Shown piece after piece: positions 12,601-25,142 of a DNA stretch of 64,000 nucleotides. How positions within the stretch are numbered: position 1 is the stretch's first letter; each line of letters begins with the position of its first letter. Below the pieces are notes generated by a model. That model was not told the DNA's origin, made no database searches, and saw only the letters and a list, made by a program, of their open reading frames with translations. Source of the DNA: Selaginella moellendorffii (taxonomy: Eukaryota; Plantae; Lycopodiophyta); contig NW_003314264.1 of the NCBI RefSeq assembly GCF_000143415.4, positions 2,365,710-2,429,709 on the forward strand. The letters are read 5' to 3'. A program made the translations under genes and the position numbers.

Positions 12601-13606
12601 GCGCGCTCCTTAATCGCGCTGCTGCCAGTGTTTTGATGTGCAACAGGGACGTCCACTCGCCAACAGTGGAAAGGCCGGTTGCTGTCAAGTTATTTTGAGT
12701 ACGTCTCCAAGGTTCATACGCGCAGGGATTGTAAGCCTCAATCGCGAGCGGAGCGAGATGGAAAGAGCAGCTCCGAAAGAGAGAGAGAGAGATGTGTAAA
12801 GAGGCAAGCTTTTTAAGTTCTTGCAATCAATGCCGGGCTCTCAGAGTTATTGCCAACAGCTGTCCGGTGAACCCCGTTTGTGGGATTCAACAGCGCAGAC
12901 AGCGACGGAGGGGTGAGCCGGGGATGAGGAAAAACAAACATTTAAGTTAGCGGAAGGAAGGAGATGTCGCTGAGAAGCGAAAGAAACGAGCGAGCAAAGC
13001 GCGCAACTAAGCAGTGAATGCGGCTGTGAAAGGGAAGGATACCATTTACAGAAAGGAAGAAGATTTCTCGCGTACGAGTTGGAGGTCGATTCAAATCATT
13101 GGCACCATTCGGACAAACCATGATTGTCGATGGACACTTATCCCGACGAGCGACGAACTTCCTCGTACGTATGTTCTTCCTTTTGCTTTCTCGGATCCAC
13201 AACCAACTCGGGTACTCACGAACGATATGATATGATTTGCAGATTGGTTTTCGCAGCTACGTACGCGTCCCGAATCTGCCTAAGAAGCTACCAATCCAGC
13301 CATGGTTTATGCGTGAGTGTCTTGTAGGTAGCTCATACTTACGCTTGCCATTCATAACAGGCTCATGATACACAGCTCTTTGCTTTGACTGCTCGTGAGC
13401 ATGCATGATCATTCGAGCGTGTGTGTCTGTGTGTGCGTAGTTTGCGTGATTGAATTGCAAAGTCATGAGCCTTTCTCTTCTTTTGCTCTTTTTCATTTAA
13501 ATTCCGTGGGAAATGATAGCACAGTCCTGCTGTTAGTTAGATTAAGAGCTGCATATGGATGACTTTGCCCGTGACGCTGTGATTTTGTCAAGCCAAGTTG
13601 GATTCA

Positions 13607-14701
<1,095 letters not shown>

Positions 14702-14779
14702 AAACCCTAAAACTCTGTTTTTAGGTCTTTTTAATAAACCCCTAAAGCTTTGGTTTTTAGGGTTTTTGTTTTTTAAGTT

Positions 14780-15547
14780 CTAGCTCTTGGCCTCGGCTGG
14801 AGTTTTGGTCTTGAGCTGGTCCACGGCGTGAACGGCGTTCTGGAGCTCTTCCCAGATGGCCTTGTATACCATTCTTTGCCTGTTTACTTGGGATTGGCCC
14901 TCGAAAACTTCGGCCACAACCTCGATGCTGTGGAAAGAAAGAAAAAGAAAGAAAGAATTTGTCACTGTGGGATGGGATGCAATCCAAAGTGATGATTTCA
15001 ATCGAAGTATCAACCACCAAAGACATGGAGGAATGGAATTCCAGAAGAAGATGATGGAGATTCCCCAAGCAACAGAGAAAAGGAGAAGAAAATGCGTCTA
15101 CGAACTTCCACAAGGAAAAAAGAAAGAGGGAAGAACAGTACCTGACATGTCGCCCATCTCCATACGCGTCCTTGACGGTCACCTCTTGTGCGTTTAGCTG
15201 CTCTTGAATCTGACCATAGAAAAAGTAAGAGAATCCAATCACTCAAATCACTCAATCGAATCGCCCACCTTGGATTGCATCCCAGCGATCAAGGAATCTA
15301 CAGATCCGGGGCCGGAGACATCCGCCGCTCTGACGCAAAACCTCCGCCACGCCGCCTCGCCCGCCCTGTCCCGCGATCGGGGCTTTTGAAGTGCCGAGCG
15401 CAAAAATCCCCTGCTGCTGCCGCCACCCAGGCAGCTGCTCGATCCCAATCCGCGCATTCGCAGCAGACCTATCATGCCCGGTCGATTCGCAGCCAGCACA
15501 ATCGCAGCTGCGCCGCCGTGAGCAATCCTCGCCATCGCTAGCGCCAT
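14780..15547 (-). CDS. BOLA4: BolA4-like protein with organellar transit peptide, 3 exons
   Basis: '[22 protein letters not shown]|[44 protein letters not shown]'; Ala/Ser/Arg-rich N-terminus. Confidence 0.9.
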
Positions 15548-15838
15548 TGGAAAGAACTTAGGGTTCTTGGAAAGGAATCAAGGAATCTCGCGAATATGCT
15601 TACACTAATTGAGCATATCCTTTGATTATTTGAAATTGCGATAACGCTGACATACTCCTTTTATTGCCGAGTTTCTATTTGGGCTCACGGAATCGCGACC
15701 AAAAAATAAAAACGTTTACGCGCTCTTCGACCGCCACGTTTTTAACGAGCCTTGGGTGCGTTCGCTATTAGGGTTCTGACGCTGCAAGGTACGCAGCAGC
15801 TTAGATTCGATCGCGTTGTCGCGAAATTTCAGCTGGAG

Positions 15839-18566
15839 ATGGAGGAAGCTGGGCGCATCGATCACCTGTCGGGCGAGCGGCAAAAGGCGCAGTTCGATTT
15901 GCAGCCAATGAAGGTGCTACTGGCGGGCGGAGAGCACGAATTGGACGTGGCGCAGCGTGTTGCTGCTATTGTCGCCAGGGATCCGGTAAGCGAAATCGTT
16001 CGCCTTGCTTTTCTTCCTGGTGCAATTTTTATTTGTTCGTTTCCTTTCTCAGGTGTTCAGCAAAGCAAATCGAACGAGGCTAAGTCGAGAAGAACTCTAC
16101 AAAAACAGTCTCCGTAAAGCGTCCCATGGCTGGAAGCTGATCCAGCAACTGAAACTAACAGGTAAGATGCTTGTTTTCCTTCTCCATTTTTTTTTTTCTC
16201 ACTTTCTCGATTGCATTGAACAGAGGAGGAAGCGTTTAAGCTGAGATCTCTTGTGGACGAGCCGACTTTTACAGATTTGCATTGGGTGAGCGCGTAACTG
16301 GTATCTTTGGAATGGAGCTAATAAGTTTTATTTGTAGGGAATGTTTGTTCCAGCCATCAAAGGTCAGGCAACCGACGAGCAGCAAAAATACTGGCTTCCT
16401 CTTGCCTACAAAATGGCTGTGATCGGATGCTACGCACAGACGGAGCTTGGTCATGGATCTAATGTCCAAGGCCTTGAAACTACTGCCACTTTTGATCCTG
16501 CGACCGACGAGTTTGTGATGAACAGCCCAAACCTGACTTCTACAAAGGTAAACAAATCTTTGCAACGAGCATTTTCTAATAAAGCTGTTTTCAGTGGTGG
16601 CCTGGTGGTCTAGGCAAAGCCTCTACACACGCTCTAGTGTATGCTCGACTGATCACCGACAATCACGACTACGGGATCCACGGTATAGTTTGTTTTGGTT
16701 TCTCTTAAGTGCTTAACGTCGTGTTTCCAGCCTTCATTGTCCAGATTAGAAGTTTGGATGATCATAAGCCTTTGCCTGGAGTTACTGTTGCTGATATTGG
16801 TGTAAAGTTTGGAAATGCTGGTTACAACACCATGGACAATGGGCTTTTGCGTTTTGATCAAGTTCGCATACCTCGAAATAACATGCTAATGAAGTAAGAT
16901 ATGTTAGAATGTGTTCTTCGACTTTTCTAATGTTTATTTTCTTTCAGACTTGCTAAAGTTACGAAAGAGGGAAAGTATATCTCCTCGGATGTCCCAAAGC
17001 AGCTCGCTTACGGAGCAATGGTTTATGTTAGACAGAGCATAGTGTCTGATGCGTCCGTATATCTTTCTCGCGCTGTAACGATAGCTGTAAGATACAGCTG
17101 CGTTCGTCGACAGTTCGGTGGTCAAGGAAATGATCCTGAGACGCAGGCAAGTTCTTTCCATATTTTGATTTGGATTTTACTCTGTCGCAACAGGTTATTG
17201 ACTATAAGACTCAACAACATAGGCTTTTCCCGTTGCTAGCAACAACATATGCTTATCGTATTGTCGGGCAGTGGCTGAAATGGCTTTATTCGGACGTCAT
17301 GAATAGATTGGAAAGCCACGATTTTTCAACCTTGCCAGAAGTGCACGCGTGTACATCAGGATTGAAGTCCCTCACTACGTCAGTTGCTGCAGTAAGTCTG
17401 AAAAAACGTATCTTTTGGCATTCTCTAAGGTCACTGTTTGTTCTTCTGCAGGACGGAATTGAAGAATGCAGGAAGTTGTGTGGTGGGCATGGATACCTCT
17501 GCTCCAGTGGTCTTCCAGAATTGTATGCTGCATATGTTCCTGCATGCACCTACGAGGGAGACAATGTCGTTCTTCTTCTTCAGGTAAATCTTCATACAGT
17601 GTCTTCATGTTGCGTATCTAAGTTTTGAGACAGGTTGCAAGGTTTCTATTAAAAACATTGTCCCAACTTGGAGGTGGAGTCAAGCCCGTTGGAACAGCTT
17701 CTTACTTGGGAAATTTACCCGTTCTGACGAAGCAGGGATCTCGGGTTTCTCAAGGTATGCCATTTCGTCCCTCAGTGTTTTCTGTTGCTAAAGTTGCTTG
17801 GAACTTTATAGGAACGGACTGGCTTGACCACTCAAACCTTCTCTACGCCTTCGAAGCCAGGGCAGCCCGCTTGGCTTTAGTTGCTACTCAACTTGTTCAA
17901 AAAGCTGGAAACGAAGCAGGTAAAGAAAGCTTGTTTTGCTAAAATAGTATATGTTTATGGTTCTGCTTCACAGGATTTGAGCAGCATTCGATTGAACTGA
18001 TCGAAGCAGCTCGCGCTCATTGCGAGCTCATGGTTCTCTCAAAGTAAGTCGCTCCTTCCAGTTTTTTCTGCTTTGCTACAGCTTATTTTCCTCGCGCCCA
18101 GATTCGTGGAGAGATTGCAGCGAGGAGTCCCTGGCCGTGGCGTCCAACGTCAGCTCGATATCCTCTGCGAAGTTTACGGCCTCTTCCTACTCGTGTCCCG
18201 AGCTGGAGACTTTCTCTCCACGGGATGCTTGACTCCAACGCAAGTAGCGCTGGCAAAACAGCAGCTCCAGAACTTATACACGGAGGTAACGCCACAAACT
18301 CGATCCTTTTTGGAAGCCATCTTCACCATCCTTCTGTGTTCGTCCAGGTGCGGCCAAACGCCGTGGCTCTAGTCGACGCGTTTGGTCATACTGACCACTA
18401 CCTGGGATCAATCCTTGGTCGCTACGACGGAGATGTGTATCCAAACCTCTACAAAGATGCGTGGGAGGAGCCACTCAACAAAACGGTGGTCACGGATGGC
18501 TACGAAGAGTACATCCGGCCCATTCTCCAGCAAGAGTTTCTCACGAGTCGCAAGGCCAGATTGTAG
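15839..18566 (+). CDS. ACX1: Peroxisomal acyl-CoA oxidase 1, multi-exon
   Basis: '[25 protein letters not shown]', 'KWWPGGLGK', '[15 protein letters not shown]...CTYEGDN', '[12 protein letters not shown]'; PTS1 tripeptide ARL at the C-terminus. Confidence 0.95.
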
Positions 18567-19385
18567 TAAGCCACGAACGGACGGCCGAGATTGGCTGTTA
18601 TTCAAGGGACGGCTAAGATTTTTACCTGGTGGGAATAAAATCCTGTGTTGATGGATTAGGGTTCTAGCTACATTGTACTGGGCGGCTAGGGCTCTTTAGA
18701 TTCTCTATCGCCTCCGCCACGGCGTTGTGGCTGTAGCGATAATCCCCGGGAACAAATTTGGCTGCGTGCGATTCCTGAGCACTCCCAGTTACCGTGTTTC
18801 CTAGATTCTTCTTGGCGATTGGCCGCGCTTTCTATTTCTTGTGGCCGATGATGATGATTCTTTCGAAATGGCGGAGATTGCTTTTCTGTGACGCTGTTTT
18901 CTGTTGTTACACACCCTGATGGCCAGTGTGATCGTGATCAAGGGGCTAGAGAGTAGGGCGGCGAGGTCTTGATTTTCGCCGCGCCTTAGTCGCCCCTTGG
19001 AGAGAGAATTGTTGCTGTTATAGCAGGCATTGGATCGATTTTACCCCAAGCCTGTGTCGGATGGCAACGACAGCTCGAAATTTGTCAGGATTGGTACGAT
19101 GATGAGAATCGCTCTGGATGGGCACGCCGTGATCAGTGGGTAACACTATGAATGGCGCAAAACAAACGACTTCTCCTTCCTCTGAGTACCCTAAAAACGA
19201 TAAAACCCTAGAATCTCCCAAGAACCCTAGAAATTGGTCGGCGCCAGTATCAGCCGGCCACGTATGCGGCCAGATGTCACGCTGTTTATAGGCCGTGTCA
19301 TCGCAGCACATTTCTCTGCTTTTATTTGCGGTGCGTTGTGAGGCTTTGGGGTTTTTCCGCGACTAAAATTGATCGATAGGGAATC

Positions 19386-20157
19386 ATGGGCGCGATCTGG
19401 GCTGTGATCACCAGGCTTCACGCCTTCGCTGGGTAAGCTCTCTCGCAATCGATTCAAGGGCGGAAATCTCACTCCTTTTGGCTTGTTTTTCCCCAATTTC
19501 TTCCATCCAGGCCGGTCATCTCCGTTCTCTACCCGATGTAAGCGCTCTCTCTTTTTTTCTCTCGATTCGTGGCTGAGTCTGCATGTAATCTCTCCCCAGG
19601 CTCGCGTCTGTCAAGGCGATCGAGAGTCCACTCAAGGAAGACGACGAGCAGTGGCTAACATACTGGATCTTGTATTCTTTGATGACGCTGCTTGAGATTG
19701 CCGCTGCTCCAGCGCTGGCCTGGTAAAGTCCCTCTTTTTTTTTTTCTTCTCGGTCTCTTAGATTTTTATTTTTTTTGTGGTCAGGTTTCCTTTGTGGTAC
19801 CCTGTGAAGCTCGCGCTTCTCTGCTGGCTTGTTCTTCCACAGTTTAAAGGCGCGAGCTTTGTCTACAACCAGCTCGTCCGCAAGTACGTGGTTAACAACA
19901 GTGGTGCGATCAAGGAGAAGGTCGGCGATGTCTTGGATCCCCAGACGAGGTCATCGGTGGAGAGATTTATTCACGAGAATGGATTGGATGCGCTGGACAA
20001 GCTACTTTCCGAGGCTGTGAGTTTTCTTTTCTTTTTTTTCTTCTTTCGAGGATCTAAAGCTTTGCTTTTTGTTTGTGATGTTCCTTTCTTGCAGGCGCAG
20101 AAGAACGAGAAGAAACCACTTCCATCTCCGAAGCAAGAATCCCAAGAGAGATATTGA
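19386..20157 (+). CDS. HVA22/REEP family protein, multi-exon
   Basis: 'AIESPLKEDDEQWLTYWILYS', 'FPLWYPVKLALLCWLVLPQFKGASFVYNQLVR' (TB2/DP1/HVA22 domain). Confidence 0.9.
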
Positions 20158-20403
20158 GAAGGAAAAGTCTAGCTTTGGCTGTGGGTGTACATTGTCTTAA
20201 CGTATTCTTCAGGTTTCCTTAGAGTCCTTGCTTGTTGCTTATAAAAGTTTTGTATCTCCCATTGGATCAAAGCCAGATTTTACATAACTGGAGCACCCAA
20301 GTATCATCTGCATCTGTTTGGTTCAAGAACAAAGAAATTTGCTCTTCGCTTGTGAGCGTAAACACTTGCGAAAAATTTCATTCTCATTCCAACCTCGTGA
20401 ACC

Positions 20404-22903
20404 TTATTGTGGATTTGGTGCCCTTCCATTTGCTGCGGACACTCGGGACCCCCACTCGAGGAGCTCTCTGCTCGTGTCGTCCTTGTGACAAATGCATTCG
20501 ATGAAGCAAAAGCAGTCTTTCTTGTCGCCGGTGGCCTGCTTGATTGCTTCCAGGAGATCCTCTTCGGTTTTCACCTGATCGACACAATCGTGAGACGAGA
20601 AATAAATATAAAGAAACCTCTGTGATTACCTTGCACGTCCAGGATTTTCCTTCGCCATTGTGGATGGCGTCTACCAGGCCGGTGTAGTTCCAGTTCTTGA
20701 TCACGTTGTACGGCCCGTCGTGGATTTCGACTTCGATGGTGTATCCTCCGTTGTTAATGAGGAAGATGATGCTCTTTTGCTCTTGCCTGATCATGGTTGA
20801 AACGTCCTGCGCTGTCACCTGTGTAGAAAGCCACACAATAGTATTTTTTGCTCTTTTCAAAAGACGAACAAAGCGCACTCTTTTCTTACCTGGAAACTTC
20901 CATCACCAATGCACGCAATGACACGCTTGTTGGGAACAGCTTGCGCGTATCCCAAAGTCGCACCCACTGACCAGCCTATCGATCCATATTGCATTTGAAA
21001 CTCGTAGCTGTGTGATGCCAGCAGTTAGTACTCTACGAGAAAGCTAAAACATTCTCGAAGTTTCACTTACCCACATCCCTGTGGAAGCTTCAATTTCTGG
21101 CAGTTAAACCACGAGTCTCCGGTCTCGGCAATCACGGCTGTGTTCTCGTTAAGCATGTCCTGGAACCAAGACTACAACGGTCAGACAGAGGATCGAACAA
21201 ACCAGCCTTACTCATAAGGTCCTTGTTGGTGATGTTTTTAAAAGAGGATGGTTGGTTGTTTGCCTGGATGTGCTTGAAGAGCACGTTAACTCTGAGTGGT
21301 TCGCCAGGAATGGCTTTCGGAACGATCCCCCCAGGAATGTAGATCCGCTTGAAGTTGTCAAAAGCCGTTGTGTTCCTCTTTACTTTCTTTGCCAGGCCTT
21401 CAAGGAAGTCCTTCATCAAGCAGCAGCCAAACGCGACACCGTTTGCAATTGTGACCCGGTCCGGCTGCACAATCACGGCCTTTTCCTTTTTGAAGAGAAG
21501 CGAATACCCGACTGAGCTGTAGTCATTGAAGATTGGCCCTGCAAATAAGTAGCAGTCGGCCGACTCCACGATTTCCAAGCAGAAAGGAGTGCTGACGGCC
21601 CCCCAGTAAGTTCCAATGTAATGCTCGTGGGTCTCTGAGACCTGGCCTTTGGCGGAAGGCATCGAAGCCAACGCGTAGCCGGAGGCATTCGCAAGCTCCT
21701 CAAATGCTGCTCCGGCTTTGGCTACTCGCAGCTTAGGACCTCCGACAAGAACTGGCTTAACTGCTGCGTTTAGAACCTCGGCCGTTGCCTCTATAGCTGC
21801 CTCCAAACTCGCGGGATTGCTTTGCCTGTAAAATGTAGCTCTCTCAGTAAAAAAGAACTGGAGCTTTTTTTGCAATAAAAAATATCACAAGAACTAAAAC
21901 ATCCACAAGCAAGAAATGCAACCTTGTCGGAGTTCATAAAAGCATCAGAAAACAAGGAAGCAGCCAAATGCTAGACAAGCAAAACATCAAACGTGTCAAC
22001 AGCTCGCAATGAAAGTAAAAAGCACCTCTTGTGTAGTGCGTAGGGAACAGGCTCCCTGTTGAAGGACGCGTGTGGAATGGCTGGAAGGTTACAACTTATG
22101 CTGATATAAACTGGCTTGCTTTCTTTGAGAGCAGTGGCGATGGCGTAGTCGATGAGTTCGTGTGCATCGTCAATGTGTTGAACTACAGCCTGGAAAAAAC
22201 AAGAGACAAAAAACGTTATACGTCTTAGCAACTAAGACGAACTACAGGAAGAACACGTACGTACCTGTGCGCAAGTCACTTGCTGGAAGCATCGAAACTC
22301 CTGGCTAAAATCCGGAATACCAATGGTGTGGTGGAGAATCCGGTTGGTCCCGAAATCGTTGGAGTTGGGGCCGCCGACGACACATATCACTGGCAGATTC
22401 TCGCTGTAGGCTCCCGCGATGGCGTTGATCACGCTGAGGCCACCAACGGTGAAGGTGACGACGCAGCAGCCCACGCCATTGATCCGGGCGTAGCCATCCG
22501 CGGCATAGCCAGCATTGAGCTCGTTGCAGCACCCAACCACGTTGAGCCCCGGGTCGGCTATGAGATAGTCGAGGAGGATGAGATTGAAATCCCCGGGGAC
22601 CGAGAACACGTCCCTCACCCCGACCTCGACCAGGCGCCGGGCGAGATGCTTGCCGAGCGTGCCCTTGGGATCGTTGCTGGGAGGCCCTGTCATGTTGTAG
22701 GATGCCGATGGAGAAGATCCTGCTGCTGGAGAAGAAGAGCCCTGACTGGGCGAAGGCTGAGGAGCTAGGAGCGACGATGCGGCGACTGTTGGGGACGACG
22801 GATTATCGGCGGCGGCGGCTGCTGGCGATGTCGATCCTCCTCCGAGAACTGCGCTGAGCTTCCTCCCGGTCGGCGAGAACAGCTTGCTAGTCCGCTTTTT
22901 CAT
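20404..22903 (-). CDS. PDC: Pyruvate decarboxylase, multi-exon (start codon uncertain)
   Basis: '[27 protein letters not shown]', '[16 protein letters not shown]', TPP-binding 'GDGSFQVTAQ...[17 protein letters not shown]', C-terminus '[19 protein letters not shown]'. Confidence 0.95.
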
Positions 22904-23202
22904 GTGAAATCAGCATCAAGATCCCTCACCTGCATCGCTCTCCGCGGGGATCACAGCGGTAATGGCATTGGCGCGCAGCGAAGAACCCTAGAGAGGCGCG
23001 TCCAAGGAGCTCAAGTTTGATGCGTCCCTTCGTAGGGCTTGAAGCGCTGGCTGATGTGGCGGGAAAAGATCCAACGGCGGGGCTTTCAAAATGAACGGTG
23101 CAGATTGTTTCAAGGTTTGCCACGTCAGTACAATCACTGACCAGGTTTTAGGGTTCTTGCGAGAGCGATGAGCGCGAGTTTCTTCGTCTTTGATCGCCGG
23201 AG

Positions 23203-25053
23203 ATGGATCTCCAGGGGAAATGCTGGCGGCGGATTGACTCCCGGAGCGGCGGCGCTGGATTCCGTGAGATTGATGAGGCGCAGCACCAGAGAATCAAGAG
23301 AAAGGTATGCCTGCTCGTGGATTCACTCAAGCAATGCAGCCGTGAGAGGGATTTAGAGCGCGGCAGAGCAATCCACGCCGCTGCTCGTAACAGCGGGCTG
23401 GAATCCAATATTTTCCTGGCGAGCTCTTTGCTCTACATGTACTCGAAGTGTGGGAGCATGGTGGACGCTCACAGGGCTTTCGACGACATGGTAGCTCACG
23501 ACGTGGTGACTTGGACGTCGCTGATCCTTGGGTATGCCGAGAATGGGAATGGAAACTCGGCCTTGGAGATTTTCTCGCGAATGCTGCTCGAGAGATGCCC
23601 GCCAAATCCTCGGACATTCGTGGCGGGATTGAAGGCCTGTAGCAGCTTGGCGGAGCAAGAACAGGGACTTGAGATGGTAGTCGACATGGAAAAGAAGAAA
23701 ACGGTGGAACAGCAAAGACAGGAGGTGGAGAAAAAAAAGATGGTGAAAGCTAAAGCTCTGGAGAAAGGCATGGCTCTCCACTCAAGAGCTATGGCGGAGA
23801 AGAGTGATCTAAACATCTTCGTCTCCAACACACTGGTAGACATGTACGCAAACTGTGGGAGCATGGAGGATGCTAGAGCTGCGTTTGAGAGGATGCCTTG
23901 CCGGAGCGTGGTTTCCTGGAGTGCCTTGGTTCTGGGATACGTAAACAACGGGGAGCCAAGCGTTGCTTTGGAGGTGTTTTGCCGGATGCAGAAAGAAGGC
24001 TTTGCTCCAAACTCGCAAACTTTTGTTGCTGCTCTCAAGGCTTGCACCTGCCTGACGCTGGGCGAAGATTGGACTCAAGTTGGCGACGAGTTTTTAAAGA
24101 TAGAATCGTTGGAGAAAGGCATGGCGGTTCATTCTCAAGCTTTGAAGTCGGACCTTCCTTCATCGAACAACTTTGTCATGAACACGCTCGTGGATATGTA
24201 CGCAAGCTCGGGAAGCTTGTGGGACGCGCACAGGGTCTTCCAGGCGATGCCTTGTCACACCGTCGTCTCATGGAATGCCATGATTCTTGGCTACGCCGAG
24301 AATGGGAACGGTCACTTGGCTCTACAGCTCTTCACAGGTATGATATTTGATAGAAGTTGTGCTCCAAATGTATTGACTTGTGCCGCTGCTCTCAAGGCGG
24401 CCTGTGCTAGTGGCTCAACTCTGGAGGCGGGGAAGTTCGTTCATGCGCAGATCTGCAAGCTCGGCTTCGAGAGCGAAACAATTTTACAGGCTTCTCTGAT
24501 GGACGCCTATGGCAAATCCGGGAGCATGTTTGCCGCACAGTTGGTCTTTGAATCGTCTCTAGCTACTAGAGACGTCATCAGGTGGAATGCTCTCATGGGA
24601 GGCTACAGCCGCCAGGGAGACAGCCACCTAGTCTTTGAGCTCTTTGCTGCGTCGCAAGACGAAGGCCTTCGACCCGACAATGCAACACTTCTGTGCATTC
24701 TTTCTACGTGCGCTCACTCGGGTCTGGTGGACAAAGGAAACAAATATTTCCAAGCAATGAGCTCGCAGTTTGGTTTAAGCCCCGGCTACGAGCATTACGT
24801 CTGCATGGTTGATCTCCTCGGACGATCGAACCAGCTAGAGCAGGCACTGGCACTGTTAAGAAGTATGCCCATGGAGCCGGATGTAGCAGCATGGAGAACT
24901 TTGCTTGCAGCCTGTGAGAAGTGGAAGAACGAGAAAGTTGGGAAGATAGCCTTCGAGTCTGCTGTAAGACTGGGTGACAACAACGCTGCTGCCTACACGA
25001 TGATGGCGAACATCTACGAGAGCGAGGATAGAAGAACCGAGGAGAATTCTTAA
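23203..25053 (+). CDS. PLS-class PPR protein (E-type C-terminus, no DYW), single exon
   Basis: 616-aa ORF with repeated 'NTLVDMYAxCGS..DA...F..M...VVSW.A.I.GY', 'HYVCMVDLLGRS', 'WRTLLAAC', 'AYTMMANIY'. Confidence 0.93.
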   Translation: MDLQGKCWRRIDSRSGGAGFREIDEAQHQRIKRKVCLLVDSLKQCSRERDLERGRAIHAAARNSGLESNIFLASSLLYMYSKCGSMVDAHRAFDDMVAHDVVTWTSLILGYAENGNGNSALEIFSRMLLERCPPNPRTFVAGLKACSSLAEQEQGLEMVVDMEKKKTVEQQRQEVEKKKMVKAKALEKGMALHSRAMAEKSDLNIFVSNTLVDMYANCGSMEDARAAFERMPCRSVVSWSALVLGYVNNGEPSVALEVFCRMQKEGFAPNSQTFVAALKACTCLTLGEDWTQVGDEFLKIESLEKGMAVHSQALKSDLPSSNNFVMNTLVDMYASSGSLWDAHRVFQAMPCHTVVSWNAMILGYAENGNGHLALQLFTGMIFDRSCAPNVLTCAAALKAACASGSTLEAGKFVHAQICKLGFESETILQASLMDAYGKSGSMFAAQLVFESSLATRDVIRWNALMGGYSRQGDSHLVFELFAASQDEGLRPDNATLLCILSTCAHSGLVDKGNKYFQAMSSQFGLSPGYEHYVCMVDLLGRSNQLEQALALLRSMPMEPDVAAWRTLLAACEKWKNEKVGKIAFESAVRLGDNNAAAYTMMANIYESEDRRTEENS

Positions 25054-25142
25054 GACGGGTATGGTTTTACTTTGGTATTGCTCTTTATTCTGGTTCTCTC
25101 TTAACATTCCTCCTCAACTTTGCAGGCCTCAAGACCATTTTC

